From: an uncultured Rubrivirga sp.
Lineage (GTDB): Bacteria; Actinomycetota; Actinomycetes; S36-B12
Direction: 5' to 3'
Length of the DNA stretch: 64,000 nt
NCBI GenBank assembly: GCA_964385255.1
Contig: CAYLOH010000004.1
Coordinates: 15,060 to 79,059 of the forward strand
Position numbers and translations under genes: made by a program. The stretch's first letter is position 1, and each line of letters starts with the position of its first letter. The notes beneath the pieces were generated by a model. That model did no database searches. It had not been told where the DNA came from and was given only the letters and a program-made list of their open reading frames with translations. This document shows positions 41,608-50,284 of the stretch, one piece after another.

Positions 41608-43389
41608 GTGAGTGGCCCGAACGGGATTCAAAGTGTCGCCGTCATCGGTCTGGGCACCATGGGCACGGGGATCGCGGAAGTCGTCGCTCGGCATGGCTTC
41701 CGCGTGCAAGCCATCGACGTATCCGAGCAGGCGGTTCAGGCCGCTCGGCAACGAATCGAGAACTCAACCGAGCGCGCCGTCTCGCGAGGGAAGTTGGGGG
41801 AACGAGAGCGAGCGGAACTCCTCGATCAGATCACCTTCACCACGGATATCAACGGTGGCGCGGGCTGCGACCTGGTGATCGAAGCGGCACCCGAGGATAT
41901 GGAACTCAAGCGCTCGATTCTCATGCAGTTGGACGGCAAGGTGGCAGACCACGTGATCTGGTGCACCAACACGTCATCCCTCTCGGTCACCCAGCTCTCG
42001 ACAGCGGTCAGCCAGCCGTCACGAGTTGTCGGTCTGCACTTCTTCAACCCAGCGCCTGTTCAAGACTTCGTCGAGATCGTTCGGACTGTGGTGAGCGATG
42101 ACACCGTGGTGCAAGAGGTTCTCGGCTTCGCCCAGCGCATCGGAAAGCAAGCCGTCATATGCGAGGACAAAGCCGGATTCATCGCGAATAGTCTGCTCTT
42201 CGGCTACTTGAACCATGCGGCGTCGATGTACGAGCAGAAGTATGCGAGCCGGGAGGACATCGACGCTGCAATGCGATTGGGCTGCGGGCTGCCCATGGGT
42301 CCGTTGGCTCTACTCGACTTGATCGGCTTGGACACCGCCTACCAAATTCTGGACACCATGTACCGGGAAGGACGCGACAGACTCCATGCACCCAGTCCGA
42401 TCCTTAAGCATTTGGTCACGGCGGGTCTGAAGGGACGAAAGTCCGGACGCGGTTTCTATACGTACGCGAAACCTGGCTCACCAGATGTGATCGATGACGA
42501 TCTGACGCCGCAGGACTCGGGTGAACCAACCCACGGAAGGCCGGTGTCGTCGGTGGGCGTCGTCGGGTCCGGCACGATGGCGACGGGCATCATCGAGGTC
42601 TTCGCCAAGGGTGGCCTCCCCGTCACGTTCGTCGCTCGGACTCAGGACAAGGTGGAGAGAGTGACCGAGGCGGTTCGAAGGAGCCTCGAGAAGGCCGTGG
42701 ATCGAGGGAGGATCGCGGAGGAGGACGCACGCGCCACCCTTGCTCGCATTCGCGGCACCACGCACCTTGAAGACCTCGCCGGTGTCGATCTGGTGCTCGA
42801 AGCGATCGCCGAGGACCTAGACGTCAAGACATCGCTATTCCGAGAACTCGATCGAATTTGTCGGCCCGGTGCGATCCTGGCCACCACGACCTCCTCGTTG
42901 CCGATCATCGAGGTGGCGGCCGTCACCACTCGCCCGAGCGACATCGTGGGACTTCACTTCTTCAACCCAGCGCCAGTCATGAAGCTTGTGGAAATCGTTG
43001 ACACGGTGGCTACATCGCCAGATGTGATCGCAACGGCGATAGACGTGGTTGAAGCGATCGGAAAGGTCGGTGTTCGCTGCGGTGATCGCGCGGGCTTCAT
43101 CGTGAACGCATTGCTGTTCCCCTATCTCAATGACGCCATCAAGATGGCCGAGGGAAACTACGCGAGTACTGATGACATCGACACTGCGATGAGACTCGGC
43201 TGTGGGTACCCGATGGGACCCTTCGAACTGCTCGACGTCGTCGGGCTTGACGTATCGCTCGCTATCCAGCAGACGCTGTATCGGGAACTCCGCGAACCGG
43301 GTTACGCGCCGGCTCCATGGCTTGAGCACCTGGTCACCGCTGGCTATACGGGGCGCAAAGCCGGGCGCGGCTTTCGCTCTTACGCGTGA
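41608..43389 (+). CDS. 3-hydroxybutyryl/hydroxyacyl-CoA dehydrogenase, tandem-duplicated
   Basis: Two complete modules, each with GxGTM, (N/T)TSSL, GLHFFNPAPV, PMGP and GxKxGRGF. Confidence 0.92.
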   Translation: MSGPNGIQSVAVIGLGTMGTGIAEVVARHGFRVQAIDVSEQAVQAARQRIENSTERAVSRGKLGERERAELLDQITFTTDINGGAGCDLVIEAAPEDMELKRSILMQLDGKVADHVIWCTNTSSLSVTQLSTAVSQPSRVVGLHFFNPAPVQDFVEIVRTVVSDDTVVQEVLGFAQRIGKQAVICEDKAGFIANSLLFGYLNHAASMYEQKYASREDIDAAMRLGCGLPMGPLALLDLIGLDTAYQILDTMYREGRDRLHAPSPILKHLVTAGLKGRKSGRGFYTYAKPGSPDVIDDDLTPQDSGEPTHGRPVSSVGVVGSGTMATGIIEVFAKGGLPVTFVARTQDKVERVTEAVRRSLEKAVDRGRIAEEDARATLARIRGTTHLEDLAGVDLVLEAIAEDLDVKTSLFRELDRICRPGAILATTTSSLPIIEVAAVTTRPSDIVGLHFFNPAPVMKLVEIVDTVATSPDVIATAIDVVEAIGKVGVRCGDRAGFIVNALLFPYLNDAIKMAEGNYASTDDIDTAMRLGCGYPMGPFELLDVVGLDVSLAIQQTLYRELREPGYAPAPWLEHLVTAGYTGRKAGRGFRSYA

Positions 43390-43395
43390 TTGCCC

Positions 43396-43674
43396 ATGGG
43401 TCGCAAGAATCGCAGGCGGGATGATCCGGTGCGCCCTGCACCGGTGTCTCATCAGCGGTTGGAGAGTCATCCCGATGGTGATTGGTACGTGCGATCCCTG
43501 ACGGGTTCTTCCGCTACCAAGACGTACCGATGCCCCGGATGTGACCAGGAGATCCGCCCGGCGACGCCGCACGTCGTTGCCTGGCCAGCGGATGATCCTC
43601 GGGGTGCGGAGGAGCGACGGCACTGGCATACGCCATGCTGGGCAGCCCGCAACAGACGAGGACCCCGTCGGTGA
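43396..43674 (+). CDS. Conserved actinobacterial small protein with putative C2HC zinc site
   Basis: Motifs KTYRCPGCDQEI, PHVVAWP and RRHWHTPCW. Confidence 0.8.
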   Translation: MGRKNRRRDDPVRPAPVSHQRLESHPDGDWYVRSLTGSSATKTYRCPGCDQEIRPATPHVVAWPADDPRGAEERRHWHTPCWAARNRRGPRR

Positions 43675-44423
43675 ATGCGCACGGACGTCAGGCGATTACC
43701 GCGAATTCCGTATTGCCAGCCAGCAGGCAACCCATCCGATTGCGCACGGCGGACGGATTGGCGTTGATCGGGGAGTTGGCCATGCCAACGAATCGCGCAC
43801 CGGTCGCCACGCTCGTATGTGTTCATCCGCTGCCGACCCACGGCGGCATGATGGATTCGCATGTCCTGCGAAAGATGGCGTGGCGTTTGCCAGCCCTCGC
43901 GGATATCGCGGTGTTGCGATTCAACACCCGTGGAACCGCGAGCGCGGCAGGCAGGAGTGAAGGAACCTTCGACGCTGCGAATGGTGAGGGTGAGGATCTG
44001 CACGCTGCGATCGATGAGGCCGTTCGATCCGGGGGTGGCGATGTATGGCTGCTCGGGTGGTCGTTCGGAACGGACGTTGTGCTCAAGCACGGTGACGTCG
44101 AACCCGTGAAGGGGGCGATCCTCCTGAGTCCACCCCTGCGCTACACGACGGCGAAGGAGTTGGCTTCCTGGGAGGAGTCACCTCGGTCGGTCGTTGCGTT
44201 CGTGCCCGAGCATGACGACTACCTACCTCCCGCTGCTGCCCGCGAAGCGTTCGCCGTCGCGCCCTCCATTCGCGTGGAACCGGTGCCCGAAGCTAAGCAT
44301 CTATGGATAGGAGAGCGATTCGTCGCAGATCTGCTCGATCGCATCGTGAACGTCGTGCGCCCGGGCTTCGGGGCTCTCCCGCGCGAGTGGGACGGACCCA
44401 TGGACAAGTGGAGCGACATATGA
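43671..44423 (+). CDS. Alpha/beta hydrolase
   Basis: Motifs HPLPTHGGMMDS, RFNTRG, GWSFG and AKHLW; GTGA overlap with the upstream gene. Confidence 0.88.
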   Translation: MNAHGRQAITANSVLPASRQPIRLRTADGLALIGELAMPTNRAPVATLVCVHPLPTHGGMMDSHVLRKMAWRLPALADIAVLRFNTRGTASAAGRSEGTFDAANGEGEDLHAAIDEAVRSGGGDVWLLGWSFGTDVVLKHGDVEPVKGAILLSPPLRYTTAKELASWEESPRSVVAFVPEHDDYLPPAAAREAFAVAPSIRVEPVPEAKHLWIGERFVADLLDRIVNVVRPGFGALPREWDGPMDKWSDI

Positions 44424-45223
44424 CTCCCATCGCCTGGCATGACCACGGCAGCGGCCCCGTCGTGGTCCTCGTACACGCATTCCCGTGCGACCACTCCATG
44501 TGGAACGAGCAGATACCGGCGCTCGTGGATGCCGGTTGGCGAGTTCTGGTGCCCGACCTGCCTGGGTTCGGTGAAAGCCAACGGCTCGATCAGGCCCCCG
44601 CTCTGTCGGCGATCGTCGAAGCACTGGCGGGCTCGTTGCTCGAGCGGTCCGTCGATCGATGCGTGCTCGTTGGGCTTTCGGTTGGCGGTTACCTCATCAT
44701 GGAGTGGCTGCGACGCCACCCGGAGATGGTGGCCGCCGCTGCGTTATGCGACACAAAGGCCAGCGCCGACAGCGCAGAGGCCGTTGCCGCACGACTCGAC
44801 ATGGCGGCGGCCATCGAACGTGATCCGGCAATCTGCGCGCAGATGCTTCGGGAACGCCTATTGCCGGTGATCGTCGGGGGCACCACCACCGATCACCGTC
44901 CCCAGGTAGTCACCACCGTCCGACGTTGGATGGAGACGGTCGATCCAGCCACCGTCGCTTGGTACCAGCGCGCCATGGCTGCTCGCCCTGACTCCCTCGA
45001 AACGCTGCGCGAATCCGAAATCCCGATCCTTGTCGTCTGGGGTGAGGAGGACGCGATGGCCCCCGAAGCCGAGCAGCGCTCGATGGTGCAGGTCCTCCGA
45101 GAAGGGCGACTCGCGGTCATCCCGAACGCAGGGCACCTCGCTGCCATCGAGAACCCAGACTCGGTGGCCCGAGAGTTGGTGGATTTCCTCGGGGCGGTGC
45201 GCCGAGTCACAAACGACGGGTGA
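44420..45223 (+). CDS. Alpha/beta hydrolase (PcaD-like fold)
   Basis: Motifs HAFP, PDLPGFG, GLSVGG, GEED and AGHLAAIE; ATGA overlap. Confidence 0.88.
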   Translation: MTPIAWHDHGSGPVVVLVHAFPCDHSMWNEQIPALVDAGWRVLVPDLPGFGESQRLDQAPALSAIVEALAGSLLERSVDRCVLVGLSVGGYLIMEWLRRHPEMVAAAALCDTKASADSAEAVAARLDMAAAIERDPAICAQMLRERLLPVIVGGTTTDHRPQVVTTVRRWMETVDPATVAWYQRAMAARPDSLETLRESEIPILVVWGEEDAMAPEAEQRSMVQVLREGRLAVIPNAGHLAAIENPDSVARELVDFLGAVRRVTNDG

Positions 45224-45236
45224 GGGAAATCCCTCG
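45221..45236. promoter_or_regulatory. Palindrome TGAGGGAAATCCCTCG (core of a longer hairpin); possible operator or terminator
   Basis: Matches the palindrome at 48497-48512 at 14 of 16 positions. Confidence 0.45.
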
Positions 45237-45348
45237 CCGTCGTCGTGCGCGCTCGAGGGCCCGGGTACCGTGGGAGGGCCGGTCCCTCGCGGGACGGCTC
45301 GCGCGCGGAATCCCGCGTGTCAATCCGATGAGCGAATGAAGGAAGTAA

Positions 45349-45894
45349 ATGTCAGACAAGACGTATGTGCTGTACGCCGCAAGTTACGCCTCCAAGGAGG
45401 ACGCCCTCGAGGACCTGAAGGCCCTGAAGGAGATCAAGTCCGCAGGAGAAATCCGTGACCTCACCGCCGCCGTGGTCTCCAAGAATGAGAAGGGCAGACT
45501 GCACGTCCACGAGACGACGCACGCTGGCAAGGTAGCCGCAGGCGTGGGCGTCGTTGCCGGTGCCATCATCGGTGCGGTGTTCCCGCCCGCTGGTGTCGCG
45601 GTGGTCACCGCCGCCGTCGGCGGCGCTGCTGGCGTGGGAGTGGTGGCCGGTGCCATCGGTCACTTCGCCGGTGGTATCAGCCGCAAGGACATGAAGGAAC
45701 TCGGTGAGTATCTCGATGCAGGCGAGGCAGCACTTCTCGCCGTTGCCGTCGACGCCGTATCGACCGACATCGATGCCGCGCTGACCCGGGCGAGCAAGAA
45801 GGCTAGCCGAGCCATTGACAAGGGCGACGTTGATGCTGCCGTCGCCGACCTGGAAAAGGGTCTCGATAAGGCTGCGAATATCGCAGGTGAGTAA
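45349..45894 (+). CDS. DUF1269-like membrane protein
   Basis: DLTAAVVSKNEKGRLHV, central glycine-zipper TM, GISRKDMKELGEYL; AAGGA RBS. Confidence 0.75.
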   Translation: MSDKTYVLYAASYASKEDALEDLKALKEIKSAGEIRDLTAAVVSKNEKGRLHVHETTHAGKVAAGVGVVAGAIIGAVFPPAGVAVVTAAVGGAAGVGVVAGAIGHFAGGISRKDMKELGEYLDAGEAALLAVAVDAVSTDIDAALTRASKKASRAIDKGDVDAAVADLEKGLDKAANIAGE

Positions 45895-45900
45895 TCCCGG

Positions 45901-45944
45901 GTGGGGCCATGGCATCGAGCCGTGGCATCGAGCCGTGGCCCCAC
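45901..45944 (+). terminator. Hairpin containing a 13-bp tandem duplication
   Basis: GTGGGGCCATGGC...GCCGTGGCCCCAC with (GGCATCGAGCCGT)x2, directly after the DUF1269 stop. Confidence 0.55.
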
Positions 45945-46009
45945 ACGGAGACACTTCGACCAGTCCAATGGTCGGAGTGCAACTCACATGGATTGCGTAG
46001 CGTTCAGTA

Positions 46010-46663
46010 ATGCCGGTAGATGCAAGGCGAGTCCTCGTGGTTGAGGATGAACCGCTCATGTCATCGCTTCTCACTGATGTGCTGACCGAGCATGGTTTCG
46101 AGGTCCGGGCTGTGGCAGACGTGTCCGCAGCAAAGCGGGAAGTCGACGTGTTCGATCCGGACATGCTCCTGTTGGATGTTTCCTTAGGGGAGGGACCGAC
46201 AGGCATCCATTTGGCCCACTCCGTGCGATTGTCTCGCCCCGACATCGCGATCCTGGTCTTCACAAGTCAGACGGATGTAGGAGGTTCCACAACGGATGGA
46301 CTCTCCCTACCCCCAGGAGTAGGGCTGCTGCGGAAGCACTTGGTGAGTGATCAGTCGTATCTGATCGAAGCGATGGACAAGGTATTGCGCGAGCAAGTGG
46401 ATCTCGCTAACGAAGCTCTCAAGGTCGATGACCCGTTTGCCTACCTCGGTATGAATGGGTCCCGTGCGTTGAGGTTACTGGCCGAGGGTTTCGACAATGA
46501 GGAAATGGCTCGGCGCTGCAATGTGAGCCGCAAAACGGTAGAGCGTTGGATCGAGCAGGTATATCGGGATCTTGGTATCGATACCAGGGGAACACAGAAT
46601 CCACGAGTTGCGGCAGCACGCAGGTACTTCTTCACTGTCGGCCTACCTGGTGCTAAGGAATGA
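46010..46663 (+). CDS. Response regulator (receiver plus LuxR/NarL-type HTH)
   Basis: Motifs VLVVEDE, LLLDV (phospho-Asp), FTS and LRK; C-terminal LLAEGFDNEEMA...SRKTVE HTH. Confidence 0.88.
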   Translation: MPVDARRVLVVEDEPLMSSLLTDVLTEHGFEVRAVADVSAAKREVDVFDPDMLLLDVSLGEGPTGIHLAHSVRLSRPDIAILVFTSQTDVGGSTTDGLSLPPGVGLLRKHLVSDQSYLIEAMDKVLREQVDLANEALKVDDPFAYLGMNGSRALRLLAEGFDNEEMARRCNVSRKTVERWIEQVYRDLGIDTRGTQNPRVAAARRYFFTVGLPGAKE

Positions 46664-48401
46664 CCGCAGTCCTCTCATCCGTCTGGAAAGGCAGGAGGCA
46701 GGTGGTGGTCGTGCGGACGCTGGAGCGACTTCGGGTCCAGACGATAGAAGCCTCGTCGAGGATGGTCGAACCCAGCCCGTAGCGAGTGGCGATCAAATCA
46801 TTCGCCCCATCGTCGATCACGCTCAGGTTCAACGTCCTGTGATCGGCGACCTCGAGCTTGATTTCGATCGAAGTTGCATTTCCGTGCTTGACGCCGTTGA
46901 AGACCAGTTCGGGAATGAGTTCGTTGACCGAACGGGCACACAGTGGGTCGCCCTCCAAGATTTCGCGAGCTTGAGGATCGCAAGAGAAGTCGATATGCAC
47001 GGCTCCAGACCAATTACTCTGGGTCAAGGCGACCACCGTGTCGATCGGTTCTGCTTCGGATGCGCTGGTGTCGAGCTCGGATACCGACCGGAGGACGTCA
47101 AGGCGGAGGCCCTCCATGAGAATCGCGTCATCGGCACCTTGGGCGATAGCACGATCCAGTCGAAGGAACGATGCAGCTAGCGACGCTTGAAGCCGGCCGT
47201 GCAAAGCACGAGCCAGTGCACCCTCCTGCTGCCGGTATCGCTCACGAGCACGCGCGAGTGCCCAACGCAAGTCCGCAGTCGTGGCCCTCAGGTCCTTCTC
47301 CAGTTCCACATCCTGGTCCCGGGCGGCCTCGGCGATCGCTAGCGGACCGCTCACCAGCAAGTTGAGTAGTGGGGCCACGACGACGAAGACGAAGGGTTGG
47401 GGTTGGCCCTGCATGTACGGCAGCGTCGCCAGCCCTAGCGTCAGGCCACCGACAAGGACCGCGATAACGAAAGCCGTGGCCTTGGCGCGCGTGCTGCGAC
47501 CCCTGGTGAGTCGAACTGCCACCTTGCGGGCAAGCCAGAAGGCGGGGATCGTGACGATGAGCGTTGCAACGAGACCTGCGGTGAGCGTTGGCCCGAATTG
47601 GAAAAGGTGAATGGGAAGGCCCACCCAGACGAGTATGACGGGAACGATCACGGGATGGATGCGCACCGGATCCAGGCCCTGTCGGACGGCTAGTGGCCAG
47701 TCGACTCCCATGCTCGGCTCGGGTGCTTGAGGCGAGGGCCATGCGGACGGCGCTGCGGCGAGCCGGTGACTAAGTGGACGCACCACGTCGTCGATTGTGA
47801 TGCGGAGTCGTTCGCGAAACTCCAATGACCCTTGCGCCCCAAGCCCGCCGAGGCTCTCAAGGACCGATAGTCGGATCTCCTCGGTAGCGCGGTCGCTGAG
47901 CTGCACGAGGTCACGCTCGGCGCTCGCTTGTAGGTCGAGAAGTTGCTCGCGCTCGGCGATGAGTTGGCGGCGTAGGGCGTGCGAGCCACGCACCTGGCTC
48001 ACGAGGAGCCACAACAGGACGGTGATGACCGCCAAGTGACTGACGGAGGCCGCAACCCTGTACCCGAATTCGGGTGATTCGGTCACTCCCGTGAGGACGA
48101 ACAGGGCGCCGAGAGCGAAGCCGCGGGCTATTGCTCCCACCACGATGGACACCAGAAGCGTCCAGGTCCAGTCTCGAGGACGGATTCGAGGACAAATGGT
48201 CCGCAACGTCACAAATGGGAACGCGAACATAAGAACCTGGACGGCAAACGCCAATGTCAGACGTATGGCCAAATTGCCAGGGGTGTCTCCGAGGGCGGCC
48301 CCTTCGCCGACCTGTACCAATGCCACCCAAAGGAATGAAAGACCGAAGACGGGAACCGACACCAAAGCATCGGGCAGCAATCGGATACGACTTGGGGTCA
48401 T
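46653..48401 (-). CDS. Multi-TM sensor histidine kinase-like protein (HisKA_3/HATPase, degenerate)
   Basis: About 8 TM helices in two blocks; LARALHGRLQ H-box, ELVFNGVKHG N-box, IDDG and GLG. Confidence 0.75.
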   Translation of the reverse strand: MTPSRIRLLPDALVSVPVFGLSFLWVALVQVGEGAALGDTPGNLAIRLTLAFAVQVLMFAFPFVTLRTICPRIRPRDWTWTLLVSIVVGAIARGFALGALFVLTGVTESPEFGYRVAASVSHLAVITVLLWLLVSQVRGSHALRRQLIAEREQLLDLQASAERDLVQLSDRATEEIRLSVLESLGGLGAQGSLEFRERLRITIDDVVRPLSHRLAAAPSAWPSPQAPEPSMGVDWPLAVRQGLDPVRIHPVIVPVILVWVGLPIHLFQFGPTLTAGLVATLIVTIPAFWLARKVAVRLTRGRSTRAKATAFVIAVLVGGLTLGLATLPYMQGQPQPFVFVVVAPLLNLLVSGPLAIAEAARDQDVELEKDLRATTADLRWALARARERYRQQEGALARALHGRLQASLAASFLRLDRAIAQGADDAILMEGLRLDVLRSVSELDTSASEAEPIDTVVALTQSNWSGAVHIDFSCDPQAREILEGDPLCARSVNELIPELVFNGVKHGNATSIEIKLEVADHRTLNLSVIDDGANDLIATRYGLGSTILDEASIVWTRSRSSVRTTTTCLLPFQTDERTAVIP

Positions 48402-48473
48402 GCGCGGCTCGGGATCACTGTCACGTCGAGTCCTCGGTTGGGGCGGCCTGCTCGCGCAGGCTATCGCTGTTCG

Positions 48474-48512
48474 ATTGAGCGCGCTCAATGCGTGAATGAG
48501 GGAATTCCCTCA
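48474..48512. promoter_or_regulatory. Two adjacent perfect 16-bp palindromes in the divergent kinase/phosphoesterase intergenic region
   Basis: ATTGAGCGCGCTCAAT (48474-48489) and TGAGGGAATTCCCTCA (48497-48512). Confidence 0.55.
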
Positions 48513-48607
48513 CGCAGGACGGTCCAAGATCTTCTTCGGCTAGCGTGCAGATGTCTCAGACTCGGTGGACTGAGTGCATCCGAACAATGATCTGTTAGGG
48601 GTAAGCG

Positions 48608-50284
48608 ATGACGCAGTACACAAATGCCAACGCCATGGATCACGTGATCTTGGTGCTCTTCGAAAACCGCTCGTTCGACAACATGCTCGGGCACCTCTAC
48701 GGACCGGCAGACGGCAAGACATTCGAAGGCGTGATCGGGAAGGATCTCTCCAACCCGGTACCCGCATGGGCTGAGCATCAACCACCGGACGGCAGCGGTG
48801 TGGTGAAGTACCACCCGGCCACCGACATGGACTCGCCGAATCCGGACTCCGGTGAGGAGTACTTCCACACCAACGTGCAGCTCTTCAACACCCTCGACGA
48901 TCACAACCGCGGCAAGATGGGTGGTGACGTCACAGCGCCTTGGAATGCGCCGGCCCCGCACACCAAGCCCACCATGGATGGCTTCGTCACCGACTACATC
49001 AGCGCATTCATGCCTCAGATGACGCGCCAGCCCACGTTCGAGGAGTACTCGCAGATCATGACGGGCTATCTGCCCGAGGACATCCCGGTGCTCGCTGGTC
49101 TCGCGCGTGACTTCGGAGTATTCGACCACTGGTTCTCCGAGGTGCCCTCTCAGACCTTCATGAACCGCTCGTTCTGGACGGCTGCTACGTCCTCCAACAT
49201 CACGATCAACCATCCGGTATCGAACTTCATCAACTACAACACCGCGGAGACGATCTTCGAGCGGCTCGAGGCACACGGCAAGACGTGGAAGGTCTACGTC
49301 ATGGAGCCATGCCCGGTGTCGTTCGCGGGAATCATTCATATGTCGAGGTTGAAGGAAAAGTTCGCAACGAACTTCGCGCCGTTCTCGGAGTTCGAGAAGG
49401 ACGCGAAGGAAGGCACCCTGCCGAACTTCTCCTTCATCGAGCCGAACCTTTTTGCTGGCCATGGCGATTACCACCCGGCAGCCGATCGTGCGATGGTCCC
49501 GGGCGACGTCGTGATTCCGTTCGATCCACCCTCGTCGATTCTGGCGGGGGAGAACTTCCTGAACAAGCTCTTCACTGTCTACCGCTCGATGAAGAGCGAA
49601 ACGGGCGCGAACGTCTACAACACCACCTTGTTCATCGGGTGGGACGAGCCGGGCGGTACGTACGACCACGTGCCTCCGGGTGATGTACCCCCTCCGGATC
49701 CCAATGCAGGCCCAGGCCAGTGTGACTTCGCTTTCGACCGCTCGGGGTACCGCGTCCCGGCGATCGTTGTCTCACCTTGGGTCGAGTCGGGCTCGGTGTA
49801 CAACGACGAGCACCGGCACACCTCGATGATCGCCACTTTGCGAAAGTTGTGGGACTTGGGTGAGCCGCTCACCGATCGCGATGCGATTGCAAAGCCGTTC
49901 GACTATGTGTTCTCTCGGGAGACCCCACGTGAGCCGAAGGATTGGGCGGCCATCAATCCTCGCCCGATGGCTGAGTATCACGTGAACTGGGAGTACACCA
50001 ACCATTCGCTCAGCGCGCTGGGCAAAGCGGCAACTCCGGGCATCATCGCCCAGTTGAAGGCTCATGGCGTCGAGATCCCGGCCGCCGTCGAGTCCCCCAA
50101 CTTCGCATTGACGCCGCAGATCGCCTGGAGCCTTGTCGAGTTGGCCTCGTATCAGCTTTTCCCAACCTTGGCGCCGACGAAGAAGTCGATCGAAGCCCTG
50201 AAGAAGCAATTGAAGGAGCAGGTGGCTCAGGCTGAAAAGAAGGCAGCCGAAGCCGACGCGGTTACTGCGGGTACCTCTGCATGA
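48608..50284 (+). CDS. Phosphoesterase of the phospholipase C/AcpA family, no signal peptide
   Basis: Motifs ENRSFDNMLG, FDHWF, SQTFMNR, LPNFSFIEP, DYHP, WDEPGGTYDHVPP, GYRVPAIVVSPW and HTSM. Confidence 0.9.
   Translation: MTQYTNANAMDHVILVLFENRSFDNMLGHLYGPADGKTFEGVIGKDLSNPVPAWAEHQPPDGSGVVKYHPATDMDSPNPDSGEEYFHTNVQLFNTLDDHNRGKMGGDVTAPWNAPAPHTKPTMDGFVTDYISAFMPQMTRQPTFEEYSQIMTGYLPEDIPVLAGLARDFGVFDHWFSEVPSQTFMNRSFWTAATSSNITINHPVSNFINYNTAETIFERLEAHGKTWKVYVMEPCPVSFAGIIHMSRLKEKFATNFAPFSEFEKDAKEGTLPNFSFIEPNLFAGHGDYHPAADRAMVPGDVVIPFDPPSSILAGENFLNKLFTVYRSMKSETGANVYNTTLFIGWDEPGGTYDHVPPGDVPPPDPNAGPGQCDFAFDRSGYRVPAIVVSPWVESGSVYNDEHRHTSMIATLRKLWDLGEPLTDRDAIAKPFDYVFSRETPREPKDWAAINPRPMAEYHVNWEYTNHSLSALGKAATPGIIAQLKAHGVEIPAAVESPNFALTPQIAWSLVELASYQLFPTLAPTKKSIEALKKQLKEQVAQAEKKAAEADAVTAGTSA

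Noticed and set aside
41608-43389. Internal duplication of the dehydrogenase as a novelty or misassembly
   Set aside because: The two halves are well diverged, and two-module enzymes are known in actinomycetes.
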